Of a DNA stretch of 64,000 bases, positions 39,346 to 49,342 are shown piece by piece (within the stretch, counting starts at the first letter, position 1; every line of letters starts with the position of its first letter). The stretch covers positions 320,001-384,000 of the forward strand of contig CAVRAO010000008.1 in assembly GCA_963719035.1 (NCBI GenBank), given 5' to 3'. Source of the stretch: Methanobacteriota archaeon (GTDB taxonomy: Archaea > Halobacteriota > Bog-38 > Methanoflorentales > Methanoflorentaceae). The translations under genes and the position numbers were made by a program. The notes under the pieces were generated by a model. That model was not told the DNA's origin and searched no databases. It saw nothing but the letters and a program-made list of their open reading frames with translations.

Positions 39346-40056
39346 TCAGCCGCTGATCAGCAATCCTATCAGGACACCCGCGATAGCTGCCGCGGTTGCG
39401 ATGGCTATGGTCTCCAGTACCGTCCTTCCCAGCGGGCGGTTGCCTATCTTTGCCCTGCCGACACCGAGCAGGATCAGGAGGGTAGCTGTTCCAAGGATAC
39501 AGATTGTCCGGGCCTCGGCAAACGGCAGTAATGCGAAAGGTATCACTGGGGTTATTCCGGCTCCAAAATCCGTGATCCCCATCCAGCCGGCCCGCACGAG
39601 CAGGGAGTCTTTCTGGGAGGTGGGGGTCTCCTCACTGGCGACCGCATCCTCGAATGTGCAAATCGCCAGGGGGTTAGCCTGTATATCAGTCCGGATCGTA
39701 TCGAGGCATGTACTGCTCAGGCCTGTTCCCTGCAGCACGCCCATCATCTCGTTCACTGCACGGTCAGGATCACGACGGATCTCGGCTTCCCGCTGCTTTG
39801 CCTCCACCCGGGCTTCGTCTCTCTCGGACTCGAGATCGAGGTAAAGCCCCGCCATCATCGAGACCGACGCCGCAATGGCGCCCGTAGCGCCTGCAAGAAA
39901 CACGGCACTTCCTGACTGGGCGCCTACTGCGACACCGAGCACGAGCCCGAAGATCGAGACCGCACCATCCACCATGCCGAATACGATGTCCCCCGCAGAG
40001 CCGCGGAGTGATTCCCTCATCCGGTAGAGGAATGACGGGCTGGGTACGGCGCTCAT
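39346..40056 (-). CDS. VIT1/CCC1 family Fe/Mn transporter
   Basis: DIVFGMVDGAVS, GAIAASVSMMAGLYL, PVIPF. Confidence 0.85.
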   Translation of the reverse strand: MSAVPSPSFLYRMRESLRGSAGDIVFGMVDGAVSIFGLVLGVAVGAQSGSAVFLAGATGAIAASVSMMAGLYLDLESERDEARVEAKQREAEIRRDPDRAVNEMMGVLQGTGLSSTCLDTIRTDIQANPLAICTFEDAVASEETPTSQKDSLLVRAGWMGITDFGAGITPVIPFALLPFAEARTICILGTATLLILLGVGRAKIGNRPLGRTVLETIAIATAAAIAGVLIGLLISG

Positions 40057-40640
40057 GCCCGGATCAACCTCACAAATATTAAAATCATGGAGTTTAAAGG
40101 GAATCCAAGAAATATAAAAGAACAGGAAATGAGTTGGGGATTACTTCGTCAATTCCAGTTTCTCACCATGGTGGATCAGCCGGTGTTTGTTTACACATTC
40201 CCTGTTCTCGGTCCGCCCATCACGGTGCGTGGTATTTCTGCACGCAGCGGAGGCATTCTACCAGTTCTGCCCTTAGAATTGACCTATTTCGTCAGGTGCT
40301 CTTCTTTGTCATAATCCTGTGTTCCGGGCGGAGCAGGCAAATAGTGTACGAATGGGGATATAACGGGCCGGACTCGTGGTTTATGACACGACGGGTGACG
40401 ACATCTCCAACCGCCGCACCAGCTTCTGAAGGGTCCCGCCAAGCAATCTGTGGGATGCCGCCTTCAGTGGATTGCAGTCAGAGTGGCATGCATTTCTCAT
40501 GATCCCTTGCGGCCCTAACGTTGTCTTGAGACGGGGGAAAGGCGTCGAAATCCCCGCATGTCTGACCTGTTGCGGGAGAAAAACAAAAGATTAATCCTTC
40601 AGGAATTAACAGCTGAGATTGCTTTTCATGAACAAAGAAG

Positions 40641-40717
40641 ATCCGAAAGGTGAGGCGATGCATCTTGCTAAAAGCCGGTATCCGGAAGGTGAGGCGATGC
40701 ACCTTACCAAAAGCCGG
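40641..40717 (+). repeat. 39-bp tandem duplication spanning the RBS, start codon and first codons
   Basis: atccgaaaggtgaggcgATGcatcttgctaaaagccgg / atccggaaggtgaggcgATGcaccttaccaaaagccgg. Confidence 0.85.
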
Positions 40718-41299
40718 CTGGAAGCCCTGACGGATGGGATCTTTGCCTTCTCGATGACATTGCTTGTTGTAGGCATCAACATACCGGAGAAGGCGTCCCT
40801 GGTCCAATCAACACCCTTCGTCACGAACCTTCTCCTCTCGCTGTGGTCTGATTTTTTCCATTATATGCTGGCCTTCCTGATCCTCGGGGCATTCTGGCTT
40901 AGCCACCATGTCGAGCTCCATCCCGTGAGTCGCCTGGACCGGACGTATGTCTGGCTTAATATGGGGACCCTCATGTTCGTTGCCCTCCTTCCTTTCTCCA
41001 CCTCCTTTTCGGGTGATTTTCCTGGTGTCCCGCTCGGTCAGATCGTGTTCGAGCTGAACCTTTTTGCTCTCGGGATGGGGATGTTCCTGCAATGGAAGTA
41101 CGCCACTGGGAAAGACCGCCTGGTTGAACCGGGAATGGACCCCGGTTTCGTCCGGCAGGTGGGCACCCGCTCCCTGGTCGTTCCCTTTGTCTCCCTCCTC
41201 GCGATCCTTATCGCCCTGACGGGGAAGACGTGGAGCACGGCGGTTTACCTGCTCCTTCCACCGATCGAGTATGTCGTCGTCCGCTGGGCGAGGAGGTAG
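40658..41299 (+). CDS. TMEM175 family K+ channel
   Basis: RLEALTDGIFAFSMTLL signature, FWLSHH, LLPFST. Two alternative RBS+ATG starts at 40658 and 40697. Confidence 0.85.
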   Translation: MHLAKSRYPEGEAMHLTKSRLEALTDGIFAFSMTLLVVGINIPEKASLVQSTPFVTNLLLSLWSDFFHYMLAFLILGAFWLSHHVELHPVSRLDRTYVWLNMGTLMFVALLPFSTSFSGDFPGVPLGQIVFELNLFALGMGMFLQWKYATGKDRLVEPGMDPGFVRQVGTRSLVVPFVSLLAILIALTGKTWSTAVYLLLPPIEYVVVRWARR

Positions 41300-41526
41300 G
41301 CAGAACCTTCCGCGTGAACCATCGTTCATCCCAGCATCCCCCCCTGTGCACCTACCCGTCTAAACCCGGCTACGAGACCGTGTCGCGTCGTGTATTCCCG
41401 GAGAAATGACCCATAGTGAAGAAAAAGCCTACTGCCTCAGATTAATCGGTCGCTATAAGGAGCGGCAGCCACCCCAATCTACTTTAAGAGACGCTTCACT
41501 CAATTGTAATTCAGCTTCTTATGATC

Positions 41527-41934
41527 TTATTCCGTAGTCACTCCGTCGAATTCCGCTTCATTGGCTTCGGCTTCTTCCTTCGTGGCGCGTACGATTCCAT
41601 CCTTGTGATGTGCCGGAGAATAGATCGTATAGAGTTTCAGGTCTTCTGTTTTAGAGGTGTTGATGATATTATGCTGTGCTCCGGCGGGCACCACCACTGC
41701 AACTCCGTCACTAAGTGCATATTCGTTGCCGTCAATTACGCACTTTCCCTGCCCGCTCTCGAAACGGAAAAACTGGTCGTTTTCCTCATGCACTTCCATT
41801 CCTATGTCTTCTTCGGGCTTGAGGCTCATCAGTACAAGCTGGCTGTGCTTTGACGTATAGAGTACATTGCGGAAATTGCCATTTTCCAGAGTTGCTTTTT
41901 CGATATTATTACAAAATCCTTTCATATTTTTCAA
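41527..41934 (-). CDS. Cupin domain protein
   Basis: IGMEVH..NDQFFRFE, VVPAGAQHNI, LYTIYSP. Confidence 0.85.
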   Translation of the reverse strand: MKNMKGFCNNIEKATLENGNFRNVLYTSKHSQLVLMSLKPEEDIGMEVHEENDQFFRFESGQGKCVIDGNEYALSDGVAVVVPAGAQHNIINTSKTEDLKLYTIYSPAHHKDGIVRATKEEAEANEAEFDGVTTE

Positions 41935-42472
41935 TTAATAGTGACTCTATATAAATCGTTAGAAGCTTTCAAATATCTACAGGATCGCGTGCACGATGTA
42001 TGGTTACCCGACAGCGCACGGCAGCATGTCCGACAAATTATCAAACAGATACACGCGCAAATAAACCTACAGCGCGAATACAGCGGGACATATGAACCGC
42101 CTTGAGGGTGCAAAATAAGAGTTTTGCTAGTTTGCTAGCCATAATAATACACACAATAAACTGAAAGGAAGGTTCTTCAAGCAAGTATCAGCGACGAATG
42201 GTAGGGGCCATAAAGAGTGAGGTTACTCTAGTTTGGCCAACTAGTTGATGAGGCGACCCCATGCCCTTCGAAGCCAGAACACGTGCCCTCGCGGCGTTCA
42301 GCTCGCTCGGATCCGTCCCGAGAATGGCTTCCAATAGATCATTGCTCGCCACGCGCTCCACCCTCTGTCGTGCCTGTGCTTATATCGTCCACCGCTGAGC
42401 GCGCTGCGCTTAATAGAAACTGCAGACGCCTGGCCTTGCCTATCGATAATCGTACCTAGCACAAGGCGCTTG

Positions 42473-42850
42473 TTATTGTTTCTGCTGCAGAGCGGCGAGA
42501 TTGGTTTCTACGACTGCGCCAGTCTTCTGAACTTGTTCCTCTGGACTAAACATCACGAATTCCGTGCCCGCTTCAAAAATCGCCGTATGTGCTGGCTCTG
42601 CGTAGAACACATCCCCGGCATTAAAGACCTCTTCACGGTCTTTGTATATGACGCGGAATCTCCCTTTAAAGACATATCCCCAGTGCTCAGTAGGGTCCAT
42701 ATCGTCGGGCAAGCCTTTGAGAAAGGGAGTCACGTCGAGGTCCTTATTGAAGGTATCTATCTCGACGTGCATTGCCCCCCATGTTGTTTCCCGAAAGACG
42801 TACCCCTCTCCTTCATGTGTAACCGGCATCTCTGTTTTTGAGCTTCTCAT
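42473..42850 (-). CDS. Cupin domain protein
   Basis: GGAGG RBS; HWGYVFKG...AGDVFYAEPAH, FVMFSP. Confidence 0.75.
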   Translation of the reverse strand: MRSSKTEMPVTHEGEGYVFRETTWGAMHVEIDTFNKDLDVTPFLKGLPDDMDPTEHWGYVFKGRFRVIYKDREEVFNAGDVFYAEPAHTAIFEAGTEFVMFSPEEQVQKTGAVVETNLAALQQKQ

Positions 42851-42970
42851 CGTGGCCTCCTTGAAATTTGATATCGTGTGTTGTTGCATACACCGCGTGC
42901 CGTGAACTTGTACTCTCTCCACGTTTTCACGGTCGCTCACGGCCTTCGTCTGTGTTTTGGCCATCTTGTT

Positions 42971-45635
42971 CTAGTTAGGGCGCCGTCTTCTCCGCAGTGC
43001 GATCCTCTTTCGTCCCTCTTCGATAAAGAGGAGCGATACACAGGCCACACCGATGTAGAGATAGTCAACGGCCGCGATGGGAATCGTCTTGAATGCCACT
43101 TGCATAAATGGGACGTATACGGTAGCGAGCTGGAGGAGCAACGCGATCCCGATAGCGCCTAACAGATAGCGGTTAGAGAACAGCCCTCGTCCGAGCAGCG
43201 GCCGCTCCGAACGGCTGTTGAGGGCATTTACCAGCTGAAAAAGAGAGATCGTAATAAAAGCGACAGTTCTCGTCTCGTCGATGTCGGGGTACACGCCCAA
43301 CCGTTCAAAGAAGAGTAAAAGCGTGCCGGCCGCCATAATGGAGGACAAGAAGATTATCCGCTGCTTGAGGAGTTTTGAGAAGATCCCTTCCTTCGGGTCA
43401 TGTGGCGGCCGTTCCATGACGTCGGGCTCCTCAGGCTCCAACCCGATCGGAATAACACAGATCCCGTCGGTGATGAGGTTGATCCAGAGGATCTGGATTG
43501 GGTAGAGGGGAAGCGGCAGACCAGTAACGATGGCCGTGATAACGATCATCACTTGCGCGGCGTTCGTGGCGAGTAGATAGAGCAGTACCTTTCTCAGATT
43601 GTCAAAGATGCGTCTGCCTTCCTTGACTGCGGCAACGATAGTCGCGTAGTTGTCGTCGGCAAGCACCATGTCTGACGACTCCTTCGCGACCTCAGTCCCT
43701 GACTTGCCCATAGCAACGCCTATGTCGGCGCTGACGAGGGCCGGGGCATCGTTCACCCCATCTCCTGTCACAGCCACGACGTTGCCTGCTGCCTTGAAGG
43801 CATCAACCAAGCGCTTCTTATCGACCGGCTTTGCGCGCGCAAACACCGATACCGTATCGATCTTTTTGGCGAGTTCTGCGTCGCTTAGCGCTTGCAGGTC
43901 TGCAGTCGTCAGCACCTCGCTGTCTGGGGCTGCGATTCCGAGCGTCGCAGCGATTGTCCGTGCGGTTACCGGGTTATCGCCGGTCACCATGACCGTCCGT
44001 ATGCCCGCTTTCCGACTTTCGGCAAGCGCCCTTTTGACCTCCTCTCGGGGAGGGTCCATCATGCCGACAAGCCCGACAAAGACGAAGTCAGACCCTAAGG
44101 CGTCTGGCGAAAGCCGCTTTTCCTCCCACGGCTTATATCCCGCAGCGAGCACTCGAAGCCCTTCAGCAGCCATTTTCTCGCTTTTTTGCGTGATTTCGCT
44201 TTTTTGCGTGTCATCGAGTGGGTGGTGCTGGCCGTCGACATAGACGGCAGACGACAGCGCAAGAATGACTTCAGGAGCGCCCTTTACGTACGCTACGCGG
44301 CCGTCGGCCACCGATTGGTGGAGGGTGACCATGTACTGGTTGACCGGGTCAAACGGGAGTCTCATCGATCCGCGGAGAGGCCTCCTCAAGCGCCGCCTTA
44401 TAGAGCCCCGCCTTTGCGCCAGCAGCAAGCATCGCCGCGTCAGTTGGGTCCCCGAGCATCCCGTCCGTCTCTGGCGTGAGGACAGCGTCATTGCAGAGAG
44501 ATAAGACCTTCAAGAGTATGCGCACGTTGTCATCAGGAGCGACGGGCGTGTCATCAATCAAGAATTCGCCGGCAGTCGAATATCCCACGCCGGTGACCGA
44601 AACTGACGTGTTCCCTGCACGGAGCGCTACGACGTTCATCTCGTTCCGCGTAAGCGTGCCCGTCTTATCCGAAAGAATGACGGTCGTTGATCCGAGTGTT
44701 TCGATGGCAGAAAGGCGCCGGACGTAGGCGTTTTTTTGTGCCATCGCTCTCACGCCTGATGTTAAAATGACTGTGATGACTGCTGGGAGTCCCTCAGGAA
44801 TGGCCGAAACAGCCTGACTCACAGAGATAAGGAAGATATCATAGAACGACTCACCGCGCAGAACGCCGAGACTGACGATCAAAGCACTCGCGAACAAGAC
44901 GACGACAAAAATCCAGCGTCCGAGCCTTGCAAGGTTCTTCTGCAGGGGGGTGGCTTCTCGCTCAGTTTCCGTAATCGATTGAGCAATCTTCCCGAACTCA
45001 GTATGGTAGCCGGTAGCCACCACGGCAGCCTTGGCTCGGCCTCTCGTAATCACCGTGCTGGCGTATACCATGTTCGACGCGTCGGCGCGCGGCGACTTGT
45101 ATACGGTCACCGACTCGCCGGTGAGGGCCGCTTCATCAACTTTTAGGTTCGCCGCTTCAAAGAGCCGTGCGTCTGCAGGGACCCGATCCCCGGCCTCGAG
45201 AAGGATAATGTCTCCAGGAACGAGTTCATCAACGGCGAGCGTGGTTGGTTGACCGTCACGAACTGCCTTCGCCTTCGGGGCGGTGAGCTGTTTAAGCGAC
45301 TCGAGGACGTTTTCAGCCTTGTTCTCTTGAAAAAAACCGATCAGCGCGTTGGCCAAAACGACGACCGCGATGACGAACGTGTCGACGTGTTTGTCGAGCG
45401 AGAAGGTGATGACCGCCGCGGCAATCAACAGATAGATGAGGGGGCTTCGAAACTGCCGCAAGAAGAGGCGCAATCTGCTGACTTTTTTGCGTTCCTCGAT
45501 ACGGTTGAGGCCATATTCTTGAAGCCTTTCTGTAGCTTCGTCCGCAGTAATCCCGGTTTCACGCGAACCAAGCACACGAAAAAGATCATCTACTTCAAGA
45601 TGTGTCCACTCTTCTTCGTTATCCTTGCTGCTCAT
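42971..45635 (-). CDS. Cation-transporting P-type ATPase (type IIA, Ca2+-like), single frameshift at about 44355
   Basis: LTGES, IPEGL and DKTGT in the 5' ORF; KGAPE, TGDN, GDGVNDAPAL and ILWINLITD in the 3' ORF. ETPFDP is restored by removing one base of a C run. Confidence 0.85.
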
Positions 45636-46021
45636 AGCTCGTGGATGCCCTGCGGCGCTACAGTTCCGTCCATTTTGACAGCGTGTAAGCGCCCTCAACG
45701 TTTATCGTTTTTCATTTCTTTAACTATTTTAGCTATTCGAGACTTGCAGCCGTGAACGACCCAATCAAAGCGTTCTGAAACAGAAGAAGACGTGACTGAG
45801 CCAAAGCCCTTTCAGATACCACACCATCCCCATTGCAGAGGGTTGTAGCAACAAGGAAGGAACACGCCACTACTCTTCAAGAAATGCATTAGGCGAAAGC
45901 GCGACAAGATACGGTAAACAAAGTGAGTTTGTTAAAGTCAAACGTTTTCTATTACGAAGCCCCCACACATGGTGGTGGAACACCGGTAGACGATATTGGA
46001 TTAAAAAAGGGAGAACAGAGC

Positions 46022-46225
46022 ATGTGCGAGTTGGATTATGGCTTGGGTAAGGACTGTCCGGTTCACGGAGGCAAGCCGCGCTCTACAAACTGCCCTTGCA
46101 ATGAGTTTCAGAAATGCGTTGCCGAGTATATCATACCGCTATGTTTCGGATGTACGAGGCGCCGAACTTGTCCGCTAGCGTATACCTCGGAGTGTGATCT
46201 CTTTAAGATCGATGTGCTCATGTGA
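46022..46225 (+). CDS. Cysteine-rich small protein (67 aa, 9 Cys)
   Basis: GGGAG RBS; MCELDY...CPVH...CPC...C...CFGC...CP...C. Confidence 0.55.
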   Translation: MCELDYGLGKDCPVHGGKPRSTNCPCNEFQKCVAEYIIPLCFGCTRRRTCPLAYTSECDLFKIDVLM

Positions 46226-46265
46226 CAGCCTAGAGATTACGAGAGAGCGGGGTTGAGGATGAAAA

Positions 46266-46448
46266 ATGAGTGATGTAGAGCGCGTAACTAAAGAATCTAT
46301 CGCAACGCCCAGCTTACACTTACTTCACCACGTGCAAAATGTAGAAGAGCACGAAGAGTTGTGGCGCGAACTCCAGGCACAGCAAAAGCAGATAGATGAC
46401 CTCTATAAACTAGTGCTCCGGCTATTAAGGGCAACTCTGCAACCGTAA
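46266..46448 (+). CDS. Small coiled-coil hypothetical protein
   Basis: 60 aa, GAGG RBS, heptad-like ELQAQQKQIDDLYKLV. Confidence 0.45.
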   Translation: MSDVERVTKESIATPSLHLLHHVQNVEEHEELWRELQAQQKQIDDLYKLVLRLLRATLQP

Positions 46449-46454
46449 GATTGG

Positions 46455-46823
46455 ATGATCACGCGATCTCTGCTGGTCCATTCACCGGGGTGCCCGGAGC
46501 AAACATCCGCAGGAGAATTAGGTGTCGATACCACGTTTAAGGGTAAAGGAAGCATGGAGGGACCGACGTCGGAGTTTACGGGAAAGATGACGGAATACGA
46601 TCCCTACAAGAGATCGCGCAAAGTAATGGACTTCGGGGACTTCACCATTGATGATGAGCTCGTTTTCGATCCTAGAGACGGCGGCACGAAGTTCACCTTG
46701 GGGTACGATGTGAAAGTACGTGGATTCGCCAAGTTACTTTCATCGAGGATAAACAACGCAATGCGCAAAGAGTTGAAGCAGGCCGTTAGCAACCTGAAGA
46801 CCATTCTTGAAACTCAATCCTAA
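46455..46823 (+). pseudogene. SRPBCC (START-like) protein, probably 5' truncated
   Basis: GVDTTFK...TEYDP...DGGTKFTL...LKTILE pattern; the N-terminal strand is missing. Confidence 0.5.
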
Positions 46824-47106
46824 GCCGCCCTTAACTACAAAGGTGGTACCTATGCAAAAAAACTCATTGTTTTGGTGCTGTGTAGGAGTGATTCCCATTC
46901 AGTATAACCAGACAACAGCGACGAACAAATCGGTTAAAATGACGCAAACTTACGTCGTTAATAACCATGTGGGGTATATTATTACGTACAAAGCTATTTT
47001 TAGCGACTACGATACGTATCTAGCGCAAGCACAACGAACAATGAACTCGTTTGTCCTGACGTGAGGGTCCCCTAAATTGAGAGACCGAAGGTAATACCCA
47101 AAACTG

Positions 47107-47694
47107 GTGCAGTCAATGAATAGTTTAAGAGAGACACTTGAGCAGGAAGATGTTGGCCCCATAATTCGCAGGTTCTTCATCAACACCCTGTTTGACTCGA
47201 CCTTTATGCTGCTGGGCATAATTGTAGGCTCAGCTTTCGCCGCCGGCGCAGGCCTAAACGTCATCATAGTCACTATGATAACGACCAGCCTTGCCTTGGG
47301 CATCTCAACGGGCGTAAGCGTCTACGAAGCCGAAAGCTTAGAACAAGAACGAAAAATCTCCTACTTGGAAAAAGCACTCTTAGCCGACCTCGACGACACC
47401 AGCATCCAAAAAACCGCGAAATATACCATAGTGCTTGCCACAGTAATAAACTTTGCAACACCCCCTCTCGCATGCGCTATCACGATTACGCCTTTTGTCT
47501 TTGCAGCGATTGGATTGCTGCAGATTGATGTCGCCTCTTGGTTATCTGTGGGATTAGCCTTAAGCGCTTTGTTTGCCGCAGGCGCCTACATGGGACGAAT
47601 CGGAAAAACAAACCCCTTCATAAAAGGAGTGAGGATGGTAGCCTTCGGAGTATTAGCCTTCGCCCTCGGCTTTATCTTAGACTTCCTCATCTAA
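47107..47694 (+). CDS. VIT1/CCC1-like (TIGR00267-type) membrane protein
   Basis: RRFFINTLFDS, ALGISTGVSVYEAE, LEKALL, ITPF. Confidence 0.75.
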   Translation: MQSMNSLRETLEQEDVGPIIRRFFINTLFDSTFMLLGIIVGSAFAAGAGLNVIIVTMITTSLALGISTGVSVYEAESLEQERKISYLEKALLADLDDTSIQKTAKYTIVLATVINFATPPLACAITITPFVFAAIGLLQIDVASWLSVGLALSALFAAGAYMGRIGKTNPFIKGVRMVAFGVLAFALGFILDFLI

Positions 47695-47784
47695 CCAGTA
47701 GTTAGGGCAGTCCGCTGCAAAGGCTGCTTCACGCTCTAACGGGTTTCTAGCCCTTCAATTTAGCAATCACGTGCTTTTTTTACA

Positions 47785-48054
47785 CTAACCCTTCCAATAC
47801 CACCATTTACGTTTTTCAGGATCCTGCATACGTTCCGGCGTTTCCGCGAAGTACACCGCACAGCGGAAGACATAGAGCAGGCACCGGTCCTGAGTTTTTC
47901 CCGCATAGTCGTTGGAAAGTGCGTACAGGAGCTCCGGGTCCTTGCCCTTTAAATCATCAATCCGGTCAATGCCAATGGCCCTAAGATCTTTTGCGATAGA
48001 TTTCCCAACGCCGGGGATGCCCGTCAGGTATTGCGACTGAAACCGCTTTTTCAT
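47785..48054 (-). CDS. Helix-hairpin-helix protein (Cdd1/mitomycin-resistance-like)
   Basis: IPGVGKSIA, LKGKDPELLY, DRCLLYVFRCAVYFA, KWWYWK. Confidence 0.8.
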   Translation of the reverse strand: MKKRFQSQYLTGIPGVGKSIAKDLRAIGIDRIDDLKGKDPELLYALSNDYAGKTQDRCLLYVFRCAVYFAETPERMQDPEKRKWWYWKG

Positions 48055-48061
48055 GAAGGCT

Positions 48062-48490
48062 CTACTCCTCACCGATATACCGTTCACGGGAAGGCGCGGG
48101 TCCATCCTGCACCGCGTTCCTGAGCAGTATTATATGAATAGTCACGGCCGCCAGCACTACTAGCAGCACAATCCTGATTGCCAACTTGTCGGTAGCAAAG
48201 GCCACTGAGCACCCCAGTGTAAGCCACAGCAGGCTGAGCGTTAGCAGCTTCATTCTTATCGACATGCCGCTGCCTTGCATGTAATTCATCACATAACTGC
48301 CGACCAGCCTGTTACGAAGCAGCGCGGCGTACAGCCGCTGCGAGCTGCGCATATAACAGAATGCCGCCAGGAGCAGCAAGGGCGTTGTCGGCAGTAAGGG
48401 GATAAAAATACCGATGATCCCCACGCCAAGGGCCAAGGTGCCTGCGGCAATCAGCAGGGACCTTTTAAATGTACCAACGCTGGCAGACAT
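48062..48490 (-). CDS. YbaN/DUF454 membrane protein
   Basis: GIFIPLLPTTPLLLLAAFCYMRSS. Confidence 0.85.
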   Translation of the reverse strand: MSASVGTFKRSLLIAAGTLALGVGIIGIFIPLLPTTPLLLLAAFCYMRSSQRLYAALLRNRLVGSYVMNYMQGSGMSIRMKLLTLSLLWLTLGCSVAFATDKLAIRIVLLVVLAAVTIHIILLRNAVQDGPAPSRERYIGEE

Positions 48491-49342
48491 ATGATTGTCA
48501 CCTAGAAGGGCGCGGGACCCCCTTTTATAGGGCAGCCCCGTACCAGACTCCCGCTTTAAGCAAGTATGATAACCAGGTTCTTTTGTGTTGCCCTTCGCGT
48601 AAAAGAAAGATAACGCTTGACTAAAATTGCACCATACGTTTCTAGTTTTTTTTGGACTACAAATGAGTAGGGATCTCTCGCAGTGCATTTCGGGTTTGGT
48701 TGTCTAATAATTTGAGCAGAAGCTATCGTCGCGTGCGCGCTGTGGGGCTACGATGATCTTTCGACCTAAGACGGCGTCTGGAAGGTTGTACATCGACATG
48801 CAGATACGATAACAGACTTAGCGAGCGGAATCGAAATTCAGTGGTAGATCGGCCATTTCCTTCGTCAATCTGAAAAAATCCGAGTATCTAATATCCATTA
48901 TCAAGGAGGAGATTTTAGGATTGTATGAGAACGTCAACGTCATAAAGCCGCTCTTTGCGGTGACGGGGACAATCTTCACCCTCTGAGTATATTTTCAGGT
49001 ATGATAGCGTTCATTTTTGAAATTTAACCTGTGAAAGCTCTTTGTTACAGCTCTAAAGCGCACACTATCATCTAAATATGATTTCTGCAGTGGAACCGAA
49101 TGTGACTTTTAAATGCGGAATAAGCCACATAAATAGTTTTTCGTTTAACCCTCACCGAACAGTTTATATGAGGTCTGCCATAACTTTTATTATCAGGAAA
49201 AGCATGCTCGGGGCCCAAAAAAGGCATATGAGAGCTGCTGTTGCTGACCTACGAAGAACTACACTTCATATCGTGCGGAATTGTTTCGATTTGATTTTGA
49301 TTCTAACAGAAGACTAGCGATCTGAAAGGGAGGTATACTGTC

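Noticed and set aside
46807-47064. Short ORF resembling the C-terminus of a PsbP-like lipoprotein
   Set aside because: No credible start or N-terminal part; too fragmentary to call.
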